Positions 34,841 to 46,839 of a DNA stretch of 64,000 nucleotides are shown here, in pieces. Source of the stretch: Vicugna vicugna (lineage: Eukaryota); the NCBI GenBank assembly GCA_013265495.1, contig MU057944.1, positions 1 through 64,000 on the forward strand, written 5' to 3'. The notes under the pieces are model-generated. The model was not told the DNA's origin. It made no database searches and saw only the letters and a list, made by a program, of their open reading frames with translations. The stretch's first letter is position 1, and each line of letters opens with the position of its first letter. The position numbers and the translations under genes are program-made.

Positions 34841-36134
34841 ATGACCGGCCCGGGGTGCTTGGGTATAGAGGCCTGCCCAGACTAGACACCGCTCCTCGTC
34901 CTCGGAACAGGCCCCCGGCACAAGCCCCGGGGACGCGCACGTGGCGATGAGGCTCAGTGACAGAAGCCAGCCCGTCCCAGGTCAGCGTCACGACGCGCAC
35001 CCAGGTCTTCCTGACGCTAGAGCCCGAGGTCTCCAGTATCTGAGTGGACCCCCTGGAGGCCCTTCTCATCTGTCAGGTGTCTTTATTCACCCCACATCCT
35101 CACTCCTCCAGAAGCGAGTCTTCACAAGAGTTAGGGGAGGCCGTCTCTGTCTCCTGTTGGTCCAGCTTCCGAAAAGCCTTCGCCTGGCCTTGGCGGGGGC
35201 CCAGTCAATGTGATTATTTTTACAGCTTACTTAGGGGTGAGGTTTTAGAAATGACCCTGCTGGTATCACACCAGGATCTCACCCCTAGTGCCTTCCTTGC
35301 TCACTAATTTCTCACTAAAATCCACCACAGTCAAAGTCAGCAAGAGCTGCCGCAAGTCTGGGCACAGAGCCCTTCACAAAGCAGCCTCGTGCACCACCAG
35401 GGTCTAAAATGAAACTGAATCAGCCCCATTTCCTCTCCTCCACCTCCCCAGATCTGTGCCCTGAGGCTGTAAGAAGAGGATGTCGTGCATTTTGAATGCC
35501 TTCTAACTAAGAAGTTTGCTGAAAGAACAATTAACCTCTATTATCATAACTGGCTTGGCCACATTTCAGTCCTGAAAAGAAAATAAACTGAACAAAACCA
35601 TTTGTATTTCTGCCAGCGGAGGGGTACAGGATGATGGGCTTGGCATCTTGCAGACATTTTTGGTTAAGTGTCCTTTTACCTTTTAATCTGCGCGTTTGAG
35701 ATTTTGGATATTCTGTTGCAAGGGGGAGAAATGGTTGCACCTTGCTTGTCTGGCAAAGGGTTGTGGAACTCACTTTAGAATCCCCTGGGCAGAGCTCAGG
35801 AGTCTAGAAAGAAAAGATTTCAAGGCCAATGATGCCTCTCTGGTTGACTTACATCTTAAACATCACCCAGCCTTTTTCCTCTGTTCCCAAGTGTCCACAG
35901 GAAATTAATCGTTACAACGCATGTGTTTTTTCTTTTCAGCGTTCACAAACCATTCTCTATATGGGACACAGAATTATGCATTATCACAGCCCATGGTTAA
36001 CTCAACACCTGTCTGCTCCTCCTTTCTCGGCAGTGTCCCATTTCTGAGCGATGACAGAAGAAAGATGGAGCTGGCTGCTGAAGCCAGAAGGAAGGACTGA
36101 AATATATGGGAATGAACAAAGGAATTACCGTCTA

Positions 36135-36325
36135 AAGGCTGGGTTTGTGTCCCAGCTCTTCCACATAATAGCTCTGTGACCTTGGATAAATTAACTAACC
36201 TCTCTAAGCCTCAGTTTCCTCATCAGTAAAATGGCAAGAAGAGCACCCACCTCCCAGAGTTTTGTGGGGAAAAACATAAAATTTGTGGAAAGTGCATAGT
36301 AAAGTGTTTTATAAATATTAGATGC
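36135..36325 (+). mobile_element. MIR SINE
   Basis: tgtgaccttggataaattaactaacctctctaagcctcagtttcctcatcagtaaaatgg. Confidence 0.9.
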
Positions 36326-36340
36326 TGTAAGCGGTTTTAT

Positions 36341-36383
36341 CTTCTTTTTAAAATTTTTACTTTATTGAAGTATAGTTGACTTA
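36341..36383 (-). mobile_element. Ultra-short L1 3' terminus with degenerate 16-bp TSD
   Basis: Minus strand taagtcaactatacttcaataaa plus A-rich tail; ctgtaagcggttttat (36325-36340) versus ctgttagtggttttat (36384-36399). Confidence 0.75.
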
Positions 36384-36701
36384 CTGTTAGTGGTTTTATT
36401 ACATGGAGGATTGTCTAGAAGCAAAGCATTGTTCTTTGACTAAGATGAAGCTTTATAATAGTTCCATCTCTCTCTGATGTCATACCGGGGAAACCAGAAT
36501 TTCTCCTGCAGGCCCAGGGGTCTCTTCCAATGTCATCTCTTAGGAGCGCCCTCTACATCTTGAGGCTGGGTGAGAATTCATGTTTTAGCATGTCCGGTCT
36601 AATTGTTTATACAATCCCTTGCCTTCTGTTTTAGAAGGAAGAGAGGAAGGGAGGGAGGAAGACATTTGGACAGCAATGACCACATTGCCTTGACTGGAAC
36701 G

Positions 36702-36897
36702 TGTGGTAGACTGAATTTCTGTTCCCAAGTGTCTGCTTCCTGGAGTGATGTTTCTCATCCAGACTGTTGCCATGGCCACGTGGTGGGCAGGGCAGACTTC
36801 CTGCCCCGGACTTGAGACCCGACCATGTGACTGGCTCCAGCCAATGGGATGTTAGTTGGTGTGACACAGGCTGTGTGAAATGTGCTTGAGCTGTTGA
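36702..36897 (+). mobile_element. MLT1 (F/G/H-like) LTR 5' part
   Basis: tgtggtagactg...ccatgtgactggctccagccaatgggatgttagttggtgtgacaca. Confidence 0.75.
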
Positions 36898-36911
36898 ATC
36901 TGCTTTGTTTT

Positions 36912-37030
36912 ACGGTCATCCCCTGGTGTCCACAGGGATTGGTTCCAGGACCCCCATGGATACCAAAATCCACCCATGCTCAAGTATACACAGTGGTGCC
37001 GTGTAGTCGCCCCGGTCTCTACCCACACAG
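36912..37030. mobile_element. MER2/MER2B-like TcMar-Tigger MITE fragment
   Basis: gggattggttccaggacccccatggataccaaaatccacccatgctcaagt. Confidence 0.85.
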
Positions 37031-37247
37031 TCCTTGTGCCTCCATTCTTGGGATGGGAAGGGAAGCAGTGGGAGGAATTAGAACCTCTGGAGATATTGGG
37101 GCTTTGAGGATCTGTTTTGTTTTCCCAATGATCAAAAAGGTGTAGCTTTGTATTGGTTACTTTTATTGTTCTGGAAAGCAACCTTTCTCAAGTAGAATCA
37201 TTGGAACCCAGAAATGAATGGAAAAGAGCGTGATCCAGGGAGCAAGT

Positions 37248-37273
<26 letters not shown>
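37248..37273. repeat. (GA)n microsatellite, about 13 units
   Basis: Direct inspection. Confidence 0.95.
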
Positions 37274-37278
<5 letters not shown>

Positions 37279-38009
37279 AGACTTTAACTTGACCAGATCA
37301 CCTGGACCTGGAATTAGGCCTGCGGCTAAACTCGGATCCCCTGAGCAACTGAAGGGAATGTTAAGAAGGGAGGCGGGCAGGATTCACTTGGAGATTAACT
37401 CCGGGCTTTGGCCTGGTTGAGTCTTGTTAGACTTTAAATAAAGGGCCGCGGGGAGGGGGTGTCTGCAGGGCCGCAGCCATGGCAGCGAGCGCTCACATCA
37501 ACGCATCGCCGTGCCAAGGCCTGACATTTCTTATTTTGATAATTGATGTGGCCAAGTTGAAGCTTGTCACTGTGGGAGCATCGCGCCGTGGCTTTGGTAG
37601 AGCCGTGGCTGTGTGAAGAGAGAGAAAAATCAATTTCCACTGTCCACGGAGTGTTGTTTGATTTATTACTGCTGGAAGAAGAAATTCTTTATCTCTCACC
37701 CCCTCTTGGAGAGGACTGTTTTACAGTCTGCTGTTAGAGAGACTCTATAAAAGAAGTTATATTTTTCCAAACTTTGGTATTTTGATAACCTTCCTTGGCT
37801 ATTCAAAGGACATGGAACGCTCCATTTTTACGACAGCCGTCGTTTGTTTTTGATTAAGCAATTACAGGCATTGAAGAACAGCCTGCAGGAGAGTGCAGCC
37901 AGCCTACCTGCAGGACTGTTTCCTGCAGCAGGACTCATCAGCGGCCTTTAATTTTCATGACTGCTGGAGGGAGGAGGGCGGGGTTGGCTAGGAAAGAAGG
38001 CAGCGGGTG

Positions 38010-38110
38010 GGATCTGGAGTCAGACTGAGATTGCAATCCTGACTGCCACTGGAGAGCAAGTCAAGGAGCCTCTGTCCGCAGGCCTCAGTTTCCACATCTG
38101 AACAATGGGT
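38010..38110 (+). mobile_element. MIR fragment
   Basis: tctggagtcagactg..aatcctgactgccact..gcctcagtttccacatctgaacaatggg. Confidence 0.8.
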
Positions 38111-38122
38111 GTGTGTAGCAGA

Positions 38123-38158
38123 CCACATCCCCCACATCCCTCACATCCCCCACATCCC
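38123..38158. repeat. 9-bp minisatellite (CCACATCCC)x4
   Basis: ccacatccc ccacatccc tcacatccc ccacatccc. Confidence 0.9.
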
Positions 38159-38199
38159 CTTAAGCCTTTTCTTCTGCCTCTGCATGCTTTTGCTTCGCA

Positions 38200-38582
38200 C
38201 ACCCTATACCTGAGACACCTCTCCTAGAAATCACCCTTGACCTCTGGAGCTGCTTTGTCCATATGCCCACAGACCTGGAAATGCCTGGGAGTTGAGTGTC
38301 CCTTCAGGGCAGCCCTCAGCCAAAGACTGACCAGTGTGGAAGCCCAGCTCCCTCGCTCACAGCGGGACACGTTCTGAGGCATAACTTACCCTCCAGAGCC
38401 CCCACCGCTGGTTCAGGCTGAGGCTCTGCCTGGAGCACCTTTGCCTGAAATCAGCCCTCACTTGCCTGCGTCTCCTTCCCACCCTCTTCCGCACTCTTCT
38501 CCTGGAAGATGTCTTTCCTCCATCACCTGTGCCCAGTCCTTGTCTCAGGATCTGCATCTGAAGAAGCCCGCCTCTGATGATG
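38200..38582 (+). mobile_element. LTR16-like ERVL LTR
   Basis: ggaaatgcctgggagtt..gggcagccctcagccaa..agcccagctccctcgc..gggaca..tctgaggc..tccttgtctcaggatctgc. Confidence 0.8.
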
Positions 38583-38814
38583 GCAGGCTGACGCTCCTTG
38601 CCAATTTTTTTACAAACTGTTTTATTAACTTGCATTCAACACTTTGGTGTGCCAGGCGTGGAGTTAAGCATTCAAAATGCACTGTCTCTTTTAATGTTGT
38701 AATAAAGAAACACGTTTTCTGAAAGCACTTTGCACAGCGGCTAGCACAGAGCAGGAACTCAGCGCCCTCTGGCCCAGTCTGAGCGTGGTTGGTCTGCGCT
38801 GTGGGTGGCAGGGA

Positions 38815-39645
38815 ACTACGAAGTCCTCCTCACTGCTCCCTGGTCCTTCCTGCCCCTGCCCCTGCCCAGTCCTCCTCCACACAGCAGCCAGAATCAGCCT
38901 TTAAAACGTTCCAGTCGACCGTGGGAGACCCTCCCTCTAGTGGCTGCTTGATTGCACATAGACTCGTAAAGTCCGAACTTCCTACCATGCTACAATGAGG
39001 CTGGCAAACTTTTTCTACAAAAGCCCAGGGAGTACATATTTTAGACCGTATCACATGGTCTCCATTGCTACTCCACTTGGCGATGGCAGGTTTTGGTGGC
39101 AGCTCCCAAGCCGCCCCAGACACTCTCAGCCAATGGGCGTGGCTGCTTTCGATAAAACTTTATTCATAAAAACTGAAATGTGGCCCGCTGGCTGTGATTT
39201 ACTGGCCACTGGTCTACAAGACAGCTGAAGGGTGGGGACCCTGCCTTCCTCACCAGTCACTGGCCTCGCCCTGACCCACTCTCTTCCCCTTCACTCCCTC
39301 CTACCACCTGGCCTCCTGGAGCATCCTAGCACATCCCTGCATCACGCCTTCATGCTAACCCGTATGCTTTCTGGGTCTGGGGCCCTCTGCATGTCTGGCT
39401 CTTCTTTGTCATGCAAGTGTCAGCTCAGATGTCGCCTCAAAGAGGTGTTCACTTGCCCGCAGATCCCAGTAGGTCTCCCCCCCTCCACCCACACTGTTCT
39501 CAACACCTTGATGATTAGTTTATTCCCCTAGTCTCTTGTCTGGGGTCTGTCTGTCCCTCTGGAAGGCAAGCTTCCTCATCTGATTGTTTCCTGCACCCCC
39601 CAGGGCCTGGCCCCTAGAAGTGCTCAATAAATATTTGCTGGTTAA
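38815..39645 (+). mobile_element. L2 3' portion split by MER58A
   Basis: tccacacagcagccagaatcagcctttaaaa ... tcagctcagatgtcgcctc ... gtgctcaataaatatttgctgg. Confidence 0.85.
38995..39211. mobile_element. MER58A MITE
   Basis: ggcaaactttttct...aatgggcgtggctgct..ataaaactttattcataaaaac..tggcccgc; opposite orientation to the 21122 copy. Confidence 0.88.
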
Positions 39646-40612
39646 ATGGTCTCTGGGATATGCCACCCCCACTTCCATTTGAGGAAGTCTGTGAAGGATG
39701 AAGAGCACTGGAATGTCAGGCGGTTATCTGGGTTGTAAGGCAAACCTTCAAAACCCCATAATCTTCCTCGCCTCCTCTCTCCCTGTCAATTATCCCTTTA
39801 AACGGAACATCTCGGAGGAGGATTTGCCTGAGCAAATCCTTGCTTTTCTTTTCTCAGTCCCAAGCCTAGGACTGCCGACCTCTATTCTCAAGGCTAAAAA
39901 CACCAAGAGGAAGGCGTTCTCACGACGTGGTATGGAGATTACCCAGTTAATTAAAGAGGGATTTAGGAGTTACTTAACATCTGGGTGGCAGGGTTTTGTT
40001 TTGTTTTTTTCCTGCTCAGCTTCAGAAAGGGAGCCGAAATCGTGATGTGCCTGATCCACGTGCCTGATGGTTCCATCTCATCCATCCTTTGTGCCAAGGC
40101 AGCCAACGCGTCGCATGGACAAACACTTGCTCGGAGAGGCAAGCTATGTTGCATCATGGGGACTGAGACCCCCAAGGTGGAGGTGGAGCCTTTTATCACC
40201 TAATACTTCAGGGCAGTGGTTCCCCAAAGGCAGCGTTGTGAGAGCTCAGTGGTCGGCGATGTGGCCGGCATGAGACGGTGGAGGCCTTGAATGCCACACC
40301 AAAGATCACGAGCTTCATCCTGGCTGGAGCATATGGGAGACTTGTACGCTGGGAGGGCTGGCCCGTGTGCAGTGGCAGCTGGCAGGAGGGTGGCTGGAGC
40401 CCAGGTGGGAGGTTGTTCTTGGCTCCGGGCGGAAGCGGTGGGACCTGACTGGCACAGTGGCAGCTGGAAAGGAGAGGAGGATGTACATTCAGAGAGGGCT
40501 ACTCCACCACCGGGGACAGGGTGGAGCGGTCACCCTGGGGCCAGGTGGAGGGTGGTGAGAATGATAGCTGTGTCTCTAGATTATTGAGAAGATGAAGATA
40601 GTAAGTGCCTTT

Positions 40613-40781
40613 TTTTTTAAAGTTTTTTTGGAGGGAATGGTAATTAGGTCTATTTATCTATCTACCTATCTATCTATCTATCTATCTATCTATTTATTTG
40701 TGTTTGTTTTTTTTTAATGGAGGTACTGGGGATTGAACCCAGGACCTCATGACTGTACCACTGAGCTGTACCCTCCCTCCC
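40613..40781 (-). mobile_element. Camelid Vic-1-type tRNA-derived SINE with internal deletion and 13-bp TSD
   Basis: Minus strand gggagggagggtacagctcagtggtacagtcatgaggtcctgggttcaatccccagtacctccatt; agtaagtgccttt at 40600-40612 and 40782-40794. Confidence 0.9.
40650..40697. repeat. (TATC)n tetranucleotide microsatellite in the SINE tail
   Basis: tatctatctacctatctatctatctatctatctatctat. Confidence 0.95.
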
Positions 40782-42319
40782 AGTAAGTGCCTTTATTTAA
40801 CTCACTTGTAACAGGTCCCTGTGAACCTTTAATCGCTAATCAGGTGATTTCTGCGAAGCTTCGTGGAGAGGGAACCGCTCAGAACTTGGCAGCGTGTGAG
40901 TTTTCGATGGACTTTCTCCCCATCGTCTCATGACATTGAGTCTTGATCATAAGAGGCCTCTCGGTAGCTCGACTAGTGAAAGTGGTGGTTAGTTCGTGCG
41001 GCCAATACAGCAGTTATGCTGGTAAATCAACAGCACGTGAGAAATGCTGTTAGAAACGGGGGCAGCGGGCTATTCCTGGTATCCAGGCAGCGCCCCTACG
41101 AATGACCCAGACACGCCTTAGAGCATCTGGGTTAAGAGCATTGGGTGGTTTCCACCCGAGCCGAGCCCTGGGGCCCGGCCCTAGTGAGGAGCACCCCTGC
41201 GCCTGTGTTCCTGATTTGGGAAGGGGCACCCACTTGGTCTGGTTGGTCCGCATGTCCCACAGGGTCCCACTCACCCACGTTCGACCGGCCAGGGCCCCTG
41301 AGATGACGCTAGTCCCCGGCCAGTATTTGCACTTCGCCAGACCATAGGAGGGCAGGATGGAGTGTGGAATTCTAACTGTCCCCTCCCCTCAGAGTGCTTT
41401 AACTGTCTGTAATTACTCGAGGCAGGAATCCGCTAAATGAACAGGTACAAAAGGACGCCTGGCCCGTGCCTTTGGAACATAGTGAGCTGATGTGACGTGA
41501 TCTGTGAGCCCTGGGGGCCGGGGCTGGGGGTGACAGGCTACGGATTCTTGTTTAAAATGAAGCCACTGGTTTATTGTGCTGTGGCGGAATACGTCTCAAG
41601 AAGGACCAGGTGATGATTTGCACGGACTGGTGGCAGGTGAACTCCCCAGAAAGGCCCGCAGGAGGGAGGCAGCCACAGGGCTGCTGTCTGAGCAGCATGT
41701 CCCAGGCCTCGGGCCTTCGTCTGGGTGGGAGCATGAGAGAAAACCTCCCACAGGAAGTCAGGCCATCCTCAGAAGGGACCCCCCCATCCCCATCAGTGAG
41801 TGAGGAGTGGGAGGAGGTGGACTGGTGGGCCCTCTCACCAGCTGGAGTCTCTGAGCTGTGACAGCCTGGCCCATCCAGCAGCTCCAGGAGTGTCCAGACC
41901 CCAGACATCATGTTGGCTGCAGGGAGGTGCCTGCAAGGTGCCCCCTCTACCCCACTCTTGCTGTTCCCCACGCCCACCACTCTTCTTCTGAGCACCCAGA
42001 CCTTCCCCAGGTGGATGCCACACAACTGCAATATTTGTCTTTACAAAAGCGTGCGCTGTTCTGATTCCGTCTTCTGGAGATCACACCCAGGTCCCCCAGG
42101 TGGGAGTTTGGTGGGGGAGTCCCCCAAAACCTCAAGTCACATATGTACAGTTTTGTGGCTGGTTCACTTGCAGACAGGGCATCCCATTCATCGCATGCAG
42201 ATTTAACTAGTTTATCTCCAAGGGCAGTGGAGGAAGAGGCCCACGGGGCCCTTTCTGGGTAGACTGACCACAGTAACACCAAGACCACGAGTCCCCGCGC
42301 CCTGAGCTCTGCTGAGAGC

Positions 42320-42445
42320 TGCCAACAACCCTATGCTGGGGGTGTTGTTCTCATCCCCATTCTACAGATGAGGAGACCGAGCAAGAGGAGAGGAAAATAA
42401 TTAAATCAAGAGCTTTTGAGATCCAACCCTAATTCCAAAGTTCCT
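42320..42445 (-). mobile_element. MIR fragment
   Basis: caacaaccctatg..atccccattctacagatgaggagaccgag. Confidence 0.8.
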
Positions 42446-42904
42446 TACCTCCCCCTCCCCCGCACTATTGCCGGAGATGGTGTGGCCTTGATGAATTGAA
42501 ATTAGGAGAACATTTCTTTATTTAACATGTTTAGTCGACAGAAGTTTTCAGAGCCGGGAGCCCATCAGAAAAAATGACCAGAGGATGCTGGGGGTGAAAA
42601 GGCCGGGCGCTGCCCGTTAGCCTTTTACTCATTTGTTGCAGACAGTGCTATAGCATGGCTCTTGGGAAAGCTGGAGGCTGGTTTTATGGCTTAATTCTCT
42701 TTAGAAAAACTAAAAAGAGCCACAGAGATGGCAGTTCTTACTCGTTTTGCACAGAGATGGGAAAAGCAGAGACATTTTCCTGAGGGCCCGGAACCGGAGA
42801 TGTTCGTTGGCGGGCTGTCTGTCGAAGCTGTGCGAGCCTTCCCTGACGTGGGGGCTAGCCTTCCTTCCCACCCAACCCCCCAAACCAGCCAGCAGTGACA
42901 ACGG

Positions 42905-43135
42905 GCGTCAGTGCATTGGGGACAAGCAAGGACTCTGGAGACAGACGACCTGGCTTCCACGGCCGAGTCCCTCCTCGTGTAAGTTTCAATGAGGCTGATA
43001 AAGTCCTCTGGGCCTCAGTTACCTCGTCTGTGAAATGGGAGAAATAGTCATGTGCACTCCAGGGGGTGGCTGTGAAGTTGAAACGAGTGTATACATTTGT
43101 GTGCCGCTTAAAGCAGTGCCAGGCGTTCAGGGAGC
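42905..43135 (+). mobile_element. MIR SINE
   Basis: ggactctggagacagac..ctctgggcctcagttacctcgtctgtgaaatggga..cagtgccaggc. Confidence 0.8.
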
Positions 43136-43639
43136 CCTGCAAGGATGATTATGTCGGGCCACGAATGTGTCCATACTTCCGCGTGGTCCCGGCTTTCTGC
43201 TGGCAAGCTGTGTCAGGAGATGATTAAATGACAAACATGCCTTGAAAGCCAAAGATTGTGTGTTACTCTGGAAGGATTTAAAGACTTCTCTTCCCCGGAG
43301 ACATCTGCTTACTTTCTGAGGGCAATTAAAACCAGGGGACCTGCCCTTCCTCTCCCCAGAGAGGATGTGTTTACACTACGGAGTCAGGCCTCCCTCTGCA
43401 CAGAGGAGCGGCACAGACAGCCAGGCCACCCTGTACAGGCGCTGCGTCTCGTAATGTCAGGGTTCCTCTCCTGCGGTGGGACCACGGCCCAGGCAGGTGG
43501 CCTCTGGCTGCGGGTCATCACCCAGGAGGAGGGAGGAGGAGCAGGGAGCACCGGTGCTGCTAAGATGCTCTGTGGGTAATGACTGGTCTGTTCGCTGATC
43601 CAGAGGCCTTGTGTTTCCATAGATACCAAAATTTAACAG

Positions 43640-44112
43640 ATGATTATTCTCTCTCCTTGGAGTGGGGGCATCTGGGATGAGCCTTTACTCTCCCAGACAC
43701 ATCCCTACCCACCCTAGAACTGACGGTCAAAGGCTTCCTAAAGGAAGAGACTCTGATCCCTTCCCACGTTCAGGATTGTAGCCACAGGCTCCTTCCTCCC
43801 CTGTGACTGACTGTTGCTGGGGAGCAGAGCCCAGGTCTGCCTGTGTCATGGAGTGAGCACTCAGCAGTCATCGACGGCGTGAATGAATGAAGGCGGAGAT
43901 CCAATAGAAGCAGACAGAGGTTGTTTTTAAAAAGCATCATCGTGGTCTGTGCTCATATACTTAGATTTACCCTTTCTAACCCCGTCCACCAGCTTTCAAG
44001 CTCCCTGAATGTGTGGACCTCGTTTGTCTAGCTCATAGCTGTCTCCCCTGCACATGAGATGGTGCCTGGCATTGGGTAGCCTCTTGGCAAATATTTACTG
44101 AGTAAATGAATT
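43640..44112 (+). mobile_element. L2 3' fragments (two ends)
   Basis: gtgaatgaatgaa at about 43880; gtgcctggcattgggtag..aaatatttactgagtaaatgaat at about 44060-44112. Confidence 0.65.
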
Positions 44113-44759
44113 GAAGCATCCCTCTGCCTTTGCACCTGTCCATCCTCACCCTTTCTCCTCCTTGGTCTTCAGACCAAGGCAGTTTTGTACCTGCTGGCCA
44201 CCTGCATGAGTGAGGGTCGTCTTGGGCTGAGGTGCAGTCCCTACCACCTTCCATTTCTGCACACCAGTGACCAAAAATGGCTGTTCTCTAGACCCTGTCC
44301 CGGCCGGGTAAGCACTCCCAGGCCTGTGCCCTGATGGCCAGGGTTGTGCAACATGGGGACCCACCAGCACCCACGGCAAATGATGCTGTTGGAGGCCCAC
44401 CTTCTTCTGAGCCATCTGAGGTCTTGCAAACCTTCCCAAAGGGGCTCCAGGAGGCCACCAACTGTGGGGTGAGATGTTTAGCTGTCCTGTCCCTTCCCCA
44501 GCACCAGGCGCTCGAGCTAGAAGATGGAAGGATAAGGGAAAGGCTTTGACAAGCTCACAGTCTTAGGAAAATAGAGACAAAAAAGCAAAAGATAAGAAAG
44601 AAAGGAGGAAAGGAAGGGAGAGAGGAAAGATACCATCATCTTAGTGTATTATAGAACCTATAATAAAAGCATGTTGCCTCGTGTCCTGGGATCACAGAGA
44701 GAGGCTTTGGGGAGCTAGAGGAAATTGCTCTAAGAAGCTGCATCCATCACTGGGCCGTT

Positions 44760-45250
44760 TCAGTACGTTTTCCTGAGCACCCGGTGTGCACCAGGCAGTT
44801 ACCTGGGAAGACAAAGGTGCTGAGGGCCACTCCTCCCTCTGCTGGAGCTCACAGTCCAGGGGTGTCCGCAACTACAAACAGCTTACGATGGGAAGCCAGG
44901 TAGTACAGTGGGTGGTGCATTGCTGCTGTTAACCACTCTGAACCTCGGTCTCCTCATCTGTTGACTGGAGATACCTGTGGTTGCTCGTAGAATCATTGTG
45001 AGGATTAGATGAGATGAGATTTGTAAGTGCTTGTGCCTCCTGCGCTCACGTGCAGTTGGCGCTCAGCAAACTTCAGCTGTGATTCCAGGTGTTGCTGCTT
45101 TAAGGGAGAAATACACCAGGTCTGGGAGAAAATAAGGGACTAAATCAATGGGTGTGAGGGATGAGGGGAGAGGGGGTGGGGAGGGGTAGTCAGGAAAGGC
45201 TTCCCGGAAGGTTTGCCTCAGTGCTGAATCTTAGATGAGAATTAGATGGG
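44760..45250 (-). mobile_element. L2 fragments flanking a MIR
   Basis: ctgagcacccggtgtgcaccaggca..ggagctcacagtccag; gtcaggaaaggcttcccggaag..gctgaatctt. Confidence 0.6.
44895..45080 (+). mobile_element. MIR SINE
   Basis: ttaaccactctgaacctcggtctcctcatctgt..ttgtgaggattagatgagat. Confidence 0.8.
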
Positions 45251-46429
45251 ATTGTGGATCCTGAGAAACCAGAAATGGGTACACTTTCTGAGTTGCCTTT
45301 TCCTTACCATTTTGCAGACCCTGGTGATCAAGGTCCTTTAATAGTTAAATACCGTGTAAGCACCCTTGCTGTGGGGAAGGTTGAGGGGGGAGATTAGAGC
45401 GATTTGCTGATAATGGCAGTCTTCTTATCTCCCTATTGTTGGAAATTCGCACCGTGTGTTTGGGTCTGTTCTGTTTTCCACCTGAACGGATGACTCTGAG
45501 TGGGTGGGACCCTCTGCAAAACCCACAGCCCAGGGCAGCTCTACCTGTGAAGCCAAAACCCAGCTAGGAGGTAACTTTGAATCCCACAGGGCGAGAAAGC
45601 CGGAGCCTTTCTTCCCCTGGAGATTTCATCTTGCCGCTAGACAAAGCTGGGAGACTCGCTGCTTCCCCTGGGGCAAGATTCAGCTTTTACTTAGTGTTTT
45701 GACTTAGTGCAGATCCAAAATCACACGCAGGGGCCAAAGAGCTGGACCAGGAAGCATGTCCTTCTTGGGAAAACCAGCTTGGAAGAGTGTCTCAGAGCGG
45801 CCGGACACCCGCCACAGGGAAAACGCCTTTGTGGATGGGCCCGTTCTGGGTGGGAGTCCGCGTTGGGGGCGGGTCCGTGTGCACCAGGTGACAGGAGCAG
45901 ACACCGCTCAGCTGACATTGAAAAAGCCCCGGCAATTGATGTCCAAGGGTGACCACCTGAAAACAGGACCTCCTGGCCAGGACTCCAGGATTTTAATTGA
46001 ACTGCCAGGATGCGGAAGGCGGCACTAGAGTGATAGCCTAGAGGGACATAAATGTCAGTTCCATTCCAGAGAACATTGCCAAGGGGGCTGCAAAGTCCAG
46101 TTTTCCTCTCCAAGCCTTTCATTCAGCCTAGGGGCCAGGTTCGGGCAGAGAGCGTCCAGCCGTGTGCTTTAGCCTTGATTTGGTCCCAGTGCACGTATAT
46201 GTATGTCACCATCGAGATTTAAATATTTCCTCATGAACAGAGAACAAGAGCAATTAGAAAGCCCGAGAATCCACTCTCACTCCTATGAATTTCTCTGAGT
46301 ATTTTTGTGAGGAGCTTGGACTCCTATTAGAATAAAAAAAATAAATGAAGTTGAAAAAAGATCTAGGTCTAGGGGTTCGATGGGTACTGCTATTCTGAGA
46401 CGTGATTGCTTGTTCTTGATGAACTGGTG

Positions 46430-46640
46430 AAGATGTTTGTAAGAGGAGCGTGTATGCGGGGCTTCTGCTGAGCCTGGCACGTCCTGGGCAGGATTAACAC
46501 AGTTTTTGCAATGACTCTGATGTTGTGTAGGAAGGTAGCAGCACCCCCGTTTTATCCATGTGGAAACAGGCTCAGAGAATTTCAGCAGCAGGACCTTGTG
46601 CTTGAATCCATGCTGACAGTCTACGGGAGAGCTGCCTATG
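46430..46640 (-). mobile_element. MIR SINE
   Basis: cccgttttatccatgtggaaacaggctcagaga. Confidence 0.6.
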
Positions 46641-46839
46641 CCAGGGTCCCTGCCATAAAAGGCAAAACATACGAGATTCAAGCAAACGCAGGATTTCTAG
46701 TGGTCCCTCTCCAAGGTTTCTCATCCTCCCTGTTTTCCGTGTGCCCCACCTGGACTGAGGGGCACAGTGTGAATGTTCCCTCCGAGAGCCTTGTCAAGGG
46801 TAGCCACCGTTTCTTGTGAACCTGCCAATTACCCTGGAG

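Noticed and set aside
39819..39840. Perfect 9-bp inverted repeat aggatttgc-ctga-gcaaatcct
   Set aside because: Arms of this length are expected by chance in 64 kb, and there is no supporting context.
41710..42100. Possible ancient ERVL-type LTR
   Set aside because: Only a vague resemblance; I could not assign termini or family.
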